This document shows, piece by piece, positions 53,015 through 64,000 of a DNA stretch of 64,000 bases. Both the position numbers and the translations under genes were made by a program. Origin of the DNA: Octopus vulgaris (Eukaryota); assembly GCA_951406725.2 (NCBI GenBank), contig OX597814.1, forward strand, positions 114,080,001 through 114,144,000, in the 5' to 3' direction. The notes under the pieces are model-generated. The model did not search any database. It worked only from the letters and a program-made list of their open reading frames with translations, and was not told the origin of the DNA. The first letter of the stretch is position 1. Every line of letters begins with the position of its first letter.

Positions 53015-54118
53015 TTAAAATATATAATAGAGAAACAATTTTTAAACCATCACAGAAATCTCCTGACTGAATGGAATCATTTTCAATGATACCATTCCTT
53101 ATAATTCTTCATCTTTCAGCATTATGATCAGCTCATTTTTGTGAACAACCAGTATTTTTAAATGATGCCTACACATGTTCTACATTAAAAAATATAACAT
53201 CAGTTCAGCATACATGATGTTTCGAAAACAGTCTCTTTATTTCATACACGCCAGATATCATCTAAATATTTCGACAACCACAAACTATTTATTTACACTA
53301 ATCTTTTAACCCGAAAACACATGCATTGCTGTTTTTCTAGTTTTTAAAGAATTTTCTTCATTCTTTATAAATTTCCTTTTCTGTTTGTAAAGCCAGCTTC
53401 TCTAAAAGGAGGGGAAATTTTCACAGTACATCCAGCTGATCTCAATAAGAAGTACCAAGTTTGAGAAAACCGAAATCTAAATTATAAGCCGGCATTGAAT
53501 AAGCCTTTTATTCTTCTAAGTCAGGTAATTTTTCAATGAAGCAACGCTGCTATTACTATGCAAAAAGTGCTATTAAATTGCTCCTCCTGGAAACAAAATT
53601 ATAGCAGTTATCCTTCACATGGGAAAAAAGAAAAACTATTGTTACTAAAAGCTACAATGTTGTTTAGATCCAAACCTACACATTGTTATTATTATTATTA
53701 TTATCATTACTATTTTTTTCAACTATTCCTATCACTTTCGATGATAGAATATCAATAATGGCTTTCTAAAAATAGCAAAAGTTTGTCTGAATACAACTGG
53801 GTGAGATAAAAAAAAAAATGCGTTTCAAACAATGAAGATTATTATTATTATTATTGGTGAAAATGCTTGTTTACCAACGGAGAATTGAAAAGGAAAATAT
53901 TGGCTTAGTTTTTCAGCAAGCTGATTATTATCGTGAAACGAAACAATAATACGTTTTGAGAAAAGAAACTACTTGTTAATTCACACTTCTTAAATGTGGG
54001 CACAAAATAAAGAGCTTTAAATATCTAGGGTATATTATTAGTAGAAGATGAAGCTTTGTCAGTGGTAACTTACTTTCGTGTTTCTGTTCAAGCAACTATA
54101 TATATAGATGTGTGTTTG

Positions 54119-54172
<54 letters not shown>

Positions 54173-54307
54173 GGAGATGTACTTGCATAGCAAGTGACCT
54201 GATCTGAGATCGTGTGCTGGAATGAAAACAATTGCACCATGGAAGGTGTTTATAAGCCATTTAAGAAACACAAAAACTGTTAGATTCACTTCAACATTTA
54301 AATTTAA

Positions 54308-54358
54308 TTTGCCAAAATATTTTCGTCGCTTTGAGACCACGACATGTTCACCAACAAA
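54308..54358 (-). ncRNA. Hammerhead motif with G3:C8 core pair in an element (~54172-54365)
   Basis: Minus strand UUUGUUG-GUGAACA-u-GUCGU ggucucaaa GCGAC-GAAA AUAU U U-UGGCAAA. Confidence 0.65.
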
Positions 54359-56644
54359 ATTCCATGCTATATATACACTATGGAATTTATTTATATGATA
54401 TGGTCGTATATTGGGTAAATGTGTTTGAAAGTTGTGGTTTCTTTGGTTTGTTTGTTCCCAAACAACACTTATTTTAGTGCTGGTGACACCACCGGATTGA
54501 ATGGTACTGTCCAGGTGTCGAAACCATAATGATATCTGTGGGGCAGCTGATGATGGAGGTATCTTGGATTGTTGATACGACTGTTTTTGTATATACGGAT
54601 TAGTATTATTGGATTGTTGGTATGACTGTGGAATAGTTTTATAACACATCCTTTTAATATATATATATGTATATGTAAAGGTGCGTGGCTTAGTGGTTAG
54701 GTCATTTGACTCACAATCATAAGTTCATGAGTTCAATTCTTGGCGATGCATTGTGTCCTTGAGCATTACACTTTATTTCCAATTGCTCCAGTCCACTCAG
54801 CTGGCAAAAATGAGTAGTAACTGTATTTCAAAGGCCAGCCTTGTCACATTCTGTGTCATGCTGAATCTCCCTTTTTTTTATATCTTCTAACACAGAGGTT
54901 CTCAAACTTTTTGGACCACTGTCCTCCTCATGGCCACATAATACCTTCAGTGCCCCCACCCCTATTTTTATGTATAAATATATATTTTATATTTTACTAA
55001 TTTATATACACTATGAATCATTTGATATTTGATATATTATATAATATGTCAGCATCGCCTTACTGGCACTTATGCCGGTGGCACATGAAAAACATTTGAG
55101 CGAGGTCGTTGCCAGTACCGCCTGACTGGCCCTCATGCCGTTGGCACGTAAAAGTGGTTGGTATTAGGAAGGGCATCCAGCTGTAGAAACTCTGCCAGAT
55201 CAGATTGGAACCTGGTGCAGCCATCTGGTTCGCCAGTCCTCAGTCAAATCGTCCAACCCATGCTAGCATGGAAAGTGGACATTAAACAATGGTGATGATG
55301 ATGATTGTATATAATTCTATAATAATACTATAAATTCATAGTGCTCTCCAATCCACTGCCTTTCTCCCAATGTCCTTTAGTCGAACAAATCGACCCCCAG
55401 GACTTATTCTTTGTAAGCCTAGTAGTACTTATTCTATTAGTCTCCCTTACTGAACCGCTAAGTTACGGGGGCGTAAACACACCAGCATTGGTTGTCAAGT
55501 GATCGTGGCAGGGACAAACACACATGTATATATATGACGGACTTCTTTCAGTTTTCGTCTACCAAATCCACTCACAAGGCTTTGGTCAGCCAGAGGCTAT
55601 AGTAAAAGACACTTACCCTAGGTGCCATGCAGTGGGACTGAACCCAGAACAATGTGGTTGGTAAGCAAACTACTTACCACACAGTCACTCCTGCACCTAC
55701 TTAAGAATTCATACTTTCGAAAGAATGTAAAATGATGTATTTTTTGTTAATGGTGAATATTTCAAGCAAATGCTGAAGCCATAAACAAGAGCATATAAAC
55801 ATAAGGTTGAAAAACTCTTCTGGAAAGAAAAATCCATAGGACTTAAACCTACATTTCTTGTAGATGTGACGGGTGTTTTATTTATAGCTTTATCATTTAC
55901 CACACAGGAAGGAATTATTTAATGTTTTCTTGAAGTCTATAAGTTCTTAGTAATTCAAAAGCATACAATGTCTCCAAAATGGATTTCTTTGTTTTTATGG
56001 TAGAACACCTGTTTACCTAAACCAAGAAAAAAGTAACACAAGGTCTGTACATGTGCTTTAGCTCTTTAATTTATTTTAGCCATCATGTCTAAGGTCATAC
56101 TGGAGCACCACCTTCATAAAATAGTAGTAGTAGTAGTAGTATAGGAGCAGGCACTAACAGTGCATCCACTGTTTGTTGAGGATTCCTCACTAATCCTGGC
56201 AGGTGATGCCTTTGCACTACTCAGGTGACAATCCTCCAACCCATGGGTCTGTTTGGGTCATCGTGGCCAGTGAGGGTTTTACGGGGCTGGAATGCAAATC
56301 CTACCTCAACCACTTTTGGTCACATTTTTATGACACGCAGCAGCAGAAGCATTGGGTTTATTCTTTTACATGCCAGTCCCCATCCCCCACACAACACACA
56401 AAGAATAATGGTCACTCCATATTTACATTTGGTTTTTGGTTCACCAAGGATTTCAGTAATTTTAACAATGGACTGGCAGTATCCTTAAAATGTTGGACAA
56501 AATGCTCTACAGTAATTAGCCATGGCACTTTTCATTCTGAGCTTAAATCCACCCAAGCTTAATTTTATCTTCCATCTTTCTGGGATCTGTACAATAAAAT
56601 ACCACAGGCAACCTTTAGCCATTTCTATCCAAAAGGGTCTTTAA

Positions 56645-56866
56645 CCCTTTAGTGTTTAAACCGGCCATATCCGGCCAAAAGTATTCTGCCTGTTTTATGT
56701 TCAAACTGGCCAGATCTGGTCTCTCACACCAACCCTACAATATCTTTTAAAAAATTAACAGCTACCTCATCAGAATCTCATAGCTACAAGATTAATGAAT
56801 AATTAGTTCAAAACAAAGTGGATAAAAAAGGATTAATTTTGGCAGAATAATGTGAACACTAAAGGG
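56645..56866. mobile_element. piggyBac-type MITE
   Basis: TTAA-CCCTTTAGTGTT ... AACACTAAAGGG-TTAA. Confidence 0.85.
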
Positions 56867-57513
56867 TTAAACCCAATTTCGACATGCTTTGAGATCCACT
56901 ATTCCAAAAAAGACATTCATATACATGACAGGCTACCAAATTCACTCACAAAGCATTGGTCAGCTACAATAGAAGACATTTGTTGAAGATGCCACACAGT
57001 AGGACTGAACTTGAAAACACATGGTTGCAAAGTAAGCTTCTTAACCACACAGCCAAGCTTATTGGATTGCTTTGACTTTTTCCTCTATTTCTTTTTGGTG
57101 TTGTTTTATCCAATTTGACTCAGCAGCATTTGCTCTATTCTCTGTAACCTTCCACCATTGTTTGCAATTAGTCACTCTTTTCTCCCACACACTTGCTCTC
57201 AGATCACCTGTTCCATCTGAAATGTCATCTCACTACAGAGAACAGCCTTGGGTATCCTAGAGTTCTCTATATTGAGAACACACACACACACACACATATA
57301 TATTTGCAGAAAGATAAATTTTATTCGATGTGTAGATACTAAACAGTATATGTATATATGACAATTATTCGGTAGTACATTTACAAATAAATACCTCTAT
57401 TTACATAATATCGAGGTCTTTTTTCATTTTGTTGTTTTACCATTTTTATCAACATTTATATATATATATATATAAAATACCTGTACATCATCTCCAAACC
57501 TTCTAATATATAT

Positions 57514-57880
57514 GACTTGTTTCAGTCATTTGACTGTGGCCATGCTGGAGCACCGCCTTTAGTCAAGCAAATTGACCCCAGGACTTATTCTTTGCAAGCC
57601 TAGTACTTATTCTATCAGTCTTTTGCCGAACCGCTAAATTACGGGGACGTAAACACACTAGCATCAGTTGTCAAGTGATGTTGGGGGTACAAACACACAC
57701 ATACATACATATATACGACGGGCTTTTTTCAGTGTCCGTCTACCAAATTCACTCACAAAGCTTTGGTCAGCCTAAGACTAGAGTAGAAGACACTTGCCCA
57801 AGGTGCCACGCAGTGGGACTGAACCTGGAACCATGTGGTTGGTAAGCAAGTTACTTACCACACAGCCACTCCTGCGCCTA
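57514..57880 (-). mobile_element. SINE family A
   Basis: Homology to 812-1260; another copy at ~55375-55697. Confidence 0.85.
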
Positions 57881-57889
57881 TATATATAT

Positions 57890-58339
57890 AAGGATAAAAT
57901 CCTTATTTTATTAAAAGCAGAAAAATTTTCCAGCAGCCAGCCATGAAGATCAAACTCACACCCCTCCTATATCTGGTTGGAATGCTGTACCATTTAAGCT
58001 AAATCGCCTGACCGCCAAACTCTTCTGCAATTTTAGAAGTTGTAGAATTATCCAGAAATGGTAGATGTCCTATGTAAACAAACAAGTTTGTTTTCTAAGC
58101 ATTGAAATGTATTGCAGAACAAGCAGAAAAATAAATTTTATTCAAAGCGTATATATACTGAACAGTATATATACAAAAGATAAAAATGATTCTAAAACTT
58201 TTAAAATTGCATAAGAGTTTGGCAGTTTAGCTTAAATGGTAGAGCATTCCAACTGGATATTGGAGGGTTGTGAGTTCATTCCTCATGGCTGGCTGCCAGC
58301 AAATTTTTCTGCTTTAAAAAAAAAAAAGGATTTTATCCT
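57890..58339. repeat. Inverted repeat (arms ~57890-58052 and ~58187-58339), each arm containing a tRNA-like cloverleaf
   Basis: Arms are reverse complements; right arm 58221-58297 folds with D, anticodon and T arms. Confidence 0.8.
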
Positions 58340-58353
58340 TTACATACATAGAC

Positions 58354-58727
58354 ACAGGAGTGGCTGTGTGGTAAGTAGCTTACTTACCAACCACATGGTT
58401 CCGTGTTCATTCCCACTGTGTGGCACCTTGGGCAAGAGTTTTCTACTATGGCCTTGGGCTGAGCAAAGCCTTGTGAGTGGATTTGGTAGATGGAAACTGA
58501 AAGAAGCCCGTCATATACAGGTGTGTGTTTATGTGTGTCTGTCTGTGTTAGTCCCCCTACCATCGCTTGACAACCGATGTTGGTGTGTTTACATCCCAGT
58601 ACCCTAGGGGTTCAGCAAAAAAGATCGATAGAATGAGCACTGGGATTACAAAGAATAAGTTTGACTAAAGGTGGTGCTCCAGGATGGCTGCAGTCAAATG
58701 ACTGAAACAAATAAATGAATAAAAGAG
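58354..58727 (+). mobile_element. SINE family A
   Basis: Homology to 812-1260. Confidence 0.85.
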
Positions 58728-58733
58728 TATATA

Positions 58734-60612
58734 TCTCTATATATAAAACTGAAATGCGTTTTTACCGCTTGGATCGCTTTCAAGGCCACTACATCCCGTC
58801 GGATTGACTCCAAAATTTACAGGGACATGTAAAATGAGGTGACGATGCCCGTCATAAAAAGTGTCATTGCTAGGGACAAAAACCCACTTTGACAAGTCCA
58901 CTCTGGTTCTTTAATGTATCTGTCTTCCTCAACTCACTATCGCTATTTCCTCTCTTCCCAGCACTTTTTCACTCACTCTATTTCATACATTCCCATTACT
59001 TTCACTTCCTCAAACGGCCTTCTTTTATGTATCTGTCTACATTCATAGAGAGAATTATCATCGCCACCGCCATCGCATTCTATTGTCTGCCCGTCAACGC
59101 GCCGACGGAGCAAATACAAACAGAACACACCAACCAGCGTTCGTGTTCTGGTGATAACGTAGGTTTTTCGTATCTATTACATTTTAACATTTATTTAGAA
59201 CCCCGCAAATTTTTCGTGATAAATTTTCATTTTTTACTACTTTATTATTTTTTCTTAAATTGATGCTTTTATTAAAATTAATTCTAATTGTCTGGGTCAA
59301 CAGTTAATTTCCTCGGAGGATATGGAAATTCCTATTACCCGCCAGAGAAATAACTCCAGCAGCTCACAACTATTTCAACAAAGACAAGGTTACCTGCTTA
59401 CCAGTCAAATTCAGCGTCAACGCTCACGTATGAGAGAGACTCCAACACACACACATATATACATATATATATATATATAATGTGTGCATTATGTGGTCGG
59501 TTGAGCTGAAAATATGCAGACCTATGTTAAAAGTGCTCGCAAGTTTGCATGACAACTATTTTTTCCCTCAAATGAAAGGCGTGACCTCTAGGACTAAATT
59601 CCTTATCTTATAAAATGTGGCCCCAGTAGACCCATGTGAAAAGGGTCTAAAATGGGGTTGGAAGGGGATTAAAATTTAAAGGAGCGGGTGTTTAGGAATT
59701 CTCTGTTACATCAAGCTAAAAAATTTGCGCCAGCCTTTTAATCATCAATGTGTTGCCGTCCATGATGAAGTTTTGAATGCTTGCCATGGTGAGTCTACTG
59801 TGAGAAAGAATCACTTCAAAACTTGGTGTTTAGGGATTTTCTTTTACATCAAGTTCAAAATTTTACGCCAGCCGTTAAACTGTCAAAACGTTGCTGTCCG
59901 TCATTAAGAAATGCCAGCCATGGTGACTCTACTATCCTCAGATTCTATCCCTTCAAACTTTGGTTTCCAATATTTTATTATTTTTATTCAGCTCACAAGT
60001 TCATCTGTCCCTTTTAAATGTTAGTGTTTTGCTGTCTGCCTTGAAGCAGACCTTTCCATTGTTACTGCCTGATATTTATGATTGATCTTTTTAAATATTT
60101 TATTTCTCAACTTACTCAAGTGTTGTTTATAAATGGGAGAGAGATAGATAAAGATAGAGAGTAAGAGAAAGCAAGGGAGAGTCCGAGAGAAAGGAAGAGT
60201 AAGAGAGTGGGGAAAGTGAGAGAGAAACAAAGAGGGAGAATCATCATCATCGTTTAACGTCCGTTTTCCGTGCTAGCACGGGTTGGACAGTTTGACCGGG
60301 GTCTGGGAGGCCAGGAGGCTGCACCAGGCTCCAGTCTGATCTGGCAGTGTTTCTACAGGTGGATGCCCTTCCTAACGTCAACCACTCTGTGAGCGTAGTG
60401 GGTGCTTTTTTCGTGCCGCCGGCACAGGTGCCAGTGGGGCTGGCAGCGGCCACGATCAGTTGATGCTTTTTACGTGCCACCAGCACAAAAGCCAGTCAAG
60501 GCGGCGCTGCAATCGGCCACGTTCGGATGGTGCTTTTTACGTGCTGAAAGGAAGCAACAGAAAGTAACAACCACACTCTTATCCGCACGTAGAGCGGGTC
60601 ACCTTCAGCTAG
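58734..60612 (+). mobile_element. Probable non-autonomous Helitron
   Basis: A|TCTCTATATATAAAAC 5' end; 3' hairpin CCGC acgtaga GCGG then CTAG|T; internal ~140 bp tandem repeat (59685-59950); nested RTE tail at 60241-60545. Confidence 0.6.
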
Positions 60613-61149
60613 TATATATATATATATTTATATTGTCAGCGCACCATATACTCAGCAACAGATAAGAGTACTCTCTCCCCTGTATATATTTCATTATTGC
60701 TCACAGGGGGCTAAACTTTAGAGGGGACAAACAAGAACAAAGGGATTAAGTCGATTACATCAACCCAAGTGCATAACTGGTACTTATTTAATCGACCCTG
60801 AAAGGATGAAAGGCAAAGTCGACCTTGGCAGAATTTGAACTCAGAACATAATCGCAAATGAAATACTGTTAAGCCTTTCTCCCAGCATGCTAACAGTTCT
60901 GCCTGCTCGCTGCCCTTCTCTCCCCTGTATTGTTTCTATTTATTTGCCAACCTTTTTACAACGTACACTGTGTTTTGTCATTGCACCAACACTATAATGC
61001 AGCCTTGTATCTAGCAAGACCAAAGAGTCCTCTTTAGGGTCTCTATTTGCTCAGCAATCATTTTACAGAGTGTACTAGATGCATTGCACACTAGATGCAT
61101 CAGCACTAAAGAGGTTGTTTTGCTCCCAGCATCACTATTTAATCTGTAG

Positions 61150-61699
61150 CAAGGGTTCTCGGCCATTTTTAACCTGTGGACCCCTTTGATTATTATTTTA
61201 TTCTGGTGGACCCCCAAAGCCATTCGATGTTTAAAATCTAGTTTTGTAGAAATTTCTTTCAAAATCCCTATTTTGTTTTTCACATTAATTTGTGTAGGTC
61301 GAACTATATGAAATGTTAGAGAAAGAAACCTAGCTGTTTCTTGCAATATATACCAATACATACATCTAAAGCAGGGGTTCTCAACCATTCTACAGGTCCC
61401 TTTCATTATCATTTTATTCTGGTGGATCCCCATAGCCATTCAATGTTTAAAATCTAGTTTTATAGAAACTTCTTTCAAAATTCCTATTTTGTTTTTTTAC
61501 ACATTAACTTGTGTAGGTTGAACTATGTAAAATGTTAGAGAAAAAAAAAACCCCAGCTGTTTCTTGTAATACATACCAATACAAACATCTAAAGTAAAAA
61601 TTTTTCAGGGGTTTCTTAAAATAATATTGTAGGCCCCTAATTTACTATCTCATTACTTGGACCCCAAAATGTTATATGGACCCCAGTTGAGAACCACTG
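61150..61699. mobile_element. hAT (Charlie-like) MITE with duplicated 5' ~220 bp
   Basis: CAGGGGTTCTCAAC at 61372 (variant at 61150) and GTTGAGAACCACTG ending at 61699. Confidence 0.8.
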
Positions 61700-62770
61700 T
61701 TATATAGTATTGCTATTTGTTTACCAGTACCTGATGTTTTAACCATGTAATCAGAAATCCAGAATAAATCTCTCAGCCATTTTTATCTTTGAGAAGTCAT
61801 CTGATATACTCTCGTAAAAAATGCAGCATGAAATTTTTCAATTTACAATTATAAATAATTAATATAAACTCTGCTATGTACGTTGAGCACTTCGCTTTCA
61901 TTTAAAGTTTCTACATCATATCATTTATTATAATATAATTTATGCAGATATAATACAACATAGTCAAAAATACTCATAACGTAAATAAAATGAAGTACAT
62001 ATGAAATAGATTTGAAAATGTTCCGTCAAATAATATTAATAAAAATATAGACAGAACAGCTACAAGATGTGAGCTAAGAAAATTTATGCTCTGTTCAAAA
62101 GAAAATAGGTTATAAGTATATAAATGGACACATATATATACAAATGCTAAAATGAATATATATATATACACAAATGAGTTATAAATAAATGTATTTCATA
62201 TTTTTAGCTTACATACATTTCAAGAACTTTGATCTTTGCCAAAAGGCTATTTTGTGTTTAAATATGTACATAAATATACACAGTAGTTTGCTGTATGACT
62301 TTGCTGCAAATTATTTCCATATCTTTTGAGAAATACTAGCATCTACTGGCATTAAATAATTCAAATATTTCAGAAAATGTACCATTAATAATCATATTTT
62401 AGCAACAGAATGGTTCAGACCTCTAATATGATTATTTTTGGTTTATCAACTTTCAACTTATTTCTCTGGCAATATGTGTCAATGCTATCAATCGGAATTT
62501 AACACTTTTGATACTATATTTCTCTTGAAACATTGTATTTCAATTAAATTTTTGAAAATATTGAAGAATTTAGTAAATAACTTTATTGTTGTTAAGCTAG
62601 AGTTTGGAGCATAAATTAACACGAAATTTTCGGTGGAAAAGTTTCAATGTGGATCACTTTAAAACAAGAGACATTTATCACAGGTCTGAGAGAGGTTGGT
62701 ATCAAAAGAGGTTAAGCTCAATAAAATAAACAACATGTAAAACAATTTGCCGCATTGTTAGATGTCAATG

Positions 62771-62956
62771 CTAAGTTTTTAGAACTTCTAATAACTTGTT
62801 GCAGTGATTAACCATTCCGTTTACTGTTCTGTCTCGAGGTGAAGGTTCCAAAGATATCTCTATCTTCTCGATATCCACAGGGTGAGATGCTGGCAAAGGT
62901 GACATAGTCTCCATCAATCTTGACAATAAGCTGGAGCCATTGTATAACACCACAGC
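62771..62956 (-). CDS. Terminal coding exon of an unidentified gene that extends beyond the right edge
   Basis: Acceptor CTGTTGTTTTTAG (phase 0); AVVLYNGSSLLSRLMETMSPLPASHPVDIEKIEISLEPSPRDRTVNGMVNHCNKLLEVLKT*; AT-rich downstream region with minus-strand AATAAA. Confidence 0.65.
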   Translation of the reverse strand, partial: AVVLYNGSSLLSRLMETMSPLPASHPVDIEKIEISLEPSPRDRTVNGMVNHCNKLLEVLKT

Positions 62957-63221
62957 CTAAAAACAACAGATGGGAACTGAATTTATTTCACATTAGCAAA
63001 CAACAAATTCATTTATAACAATAGTAAATTGGATTATTATTGATCATAGAAGTTGTAATTGATAACAACAGATATATGAAAAAAAACAAAAACTATCATA
63101 CGATGGATAATATAGAACAAAGGTATTAACAACAGTTGTCAATGTGAAAGCTATTAAGTAAAAGACAACAATGTTATAGTAACACAGAAATATATTTTTA
63201 GCACAGAATTTTGTCAGTGAA

Positions 63222-63557
63222 GGCACATGGCTCAGTGGTTAGAGCGTTGAGCTTACGATCGTGAGGTTGTGAGCTCGAATCCTGGACCGGGCTGCGTGTT
63301 GTGTTCTTGAGCAAGGCACTTTATTTCACGGTGCTCCAGTTCACTCAGCTGTAGAAATGAGTTGCGACGTCACTGGTGCCAAGCTGTATCGACCTTTGTC
63401 TTTCCCTTGGATAACACTGGTGGCGTGGAGAGGGGAGGCCAGTATGCATGGGCGACTGCTGGTCTTCCATAAACAACCTTGCCTGGACTTGTGTCTAGGA
63501 GGGTAACTTTCTAGGTGCAATCCCATGGTCATTCATGACCGAAGGGGGTCTTTACCC
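63222..63557 (+). mobile_element. Family-C-related SINE with 11-bp TSD TTGTCAGTGAA
   Basis: TSD at 63211-63221 and 63558-63568; tRNA-like head with B box GAGCTCGAATCC. Confidence 0.85.
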
Positions 63558-63606
63558 TTGTCAGTGAACAGGTTGTGGTCTCAAAGCGATGAAAATATTT
63601 TGACAA
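63558..63606 (+). ncRNA. Hammerhead motif with G3:C8 core pair (same family as 54308-54358)
   Basis: UUGUCA-GUGAACA-g-GUUGU ggucucaaa GCGAU-GAAA AUAU U U-UGACAA. Confidence 0.65.
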
Positions 63607-64000
63607 ATTAAATTTAAATGTTGAAGTGAATCTAACGGTTTTTGTGTGTTTCTTAAATGGCTTATAAACACCTTCCACACTGCAATTGTTTTCGTTCCAG
63701 CACACGATCTCAGATCAGGTCACTTGCTATGCAAGTACATCTCCCTATATTTTTATGCTTCTTTTTAAAGTCCATTTTACAATATTTCTATCAATGCATG
63801 TAATTTCTTTGTGCCAACCACTTTACAGTGTTCTGGATGCTTTTTATGTGGTATCAGTGCTTTTTATATGATGGTGCCATGTAAAAAAAAAACATCCAGT
63901 ACACTCTGTAAAGTGGTTGGTGATAGGAAGAGCATCCAGCCATAGAAACCGTGCCAAAACAAACCATGGAACCTGGTGTGACTCCTAGCCTTGTCAACTC

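Noticed and set aside
54059-54649. 196-aa minus-strand ORF
   Set aside because: Runs through a short repeat, the hammerhead element and (TA)n; no coherent protein.

Overview
AT-rich, repeat-dense animal genomic DNA. It is most likely Octopus or another coleoid cephalopod, inferred from the SINE repertoire and the very high density of (TA)n/(TATG)n/(TATC)n/(GATA)n microsatellites. Most ORF-track entries are microsatellite or repeat artefacts. Only two host exons are well supported: a + strand terminal exon at 27892-28397 (transmembrane helix plus cytoplasmic tail) and a - strand terminal exon at 62771-62956 (product not recognised). The rest is tRNA-derived SINEs (at least three families), RTE, Tx1/L1-like and RLE-type LINE fragments, a Penelope-like (GIY-YIG) remnant, two decayed Tc1/mariner elements, several MITEs (mariner, pogo, Mutator, piggyBac, hAT) and a probable non-autonomous Helitron. 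The most notable signal is about eleven minimal type-I hammerhead-ribozyme motifs in short Penelope-type elements. They show stem covariation and three Watson-Crick versions of the core 3:8 pair (C:G, U:A, G:C), and one is fused behind a tRNA-derived head. Also notable are a SINE that shares its 3' tail with a Tx1-like LINE and repeatedly abuts two fixed sites in its own family, a ~520 bp fold-back duplication upstream of the TM exon, and an apparent CpG-depletion boundary near 36 kb. All alignments and folds were done by eye.
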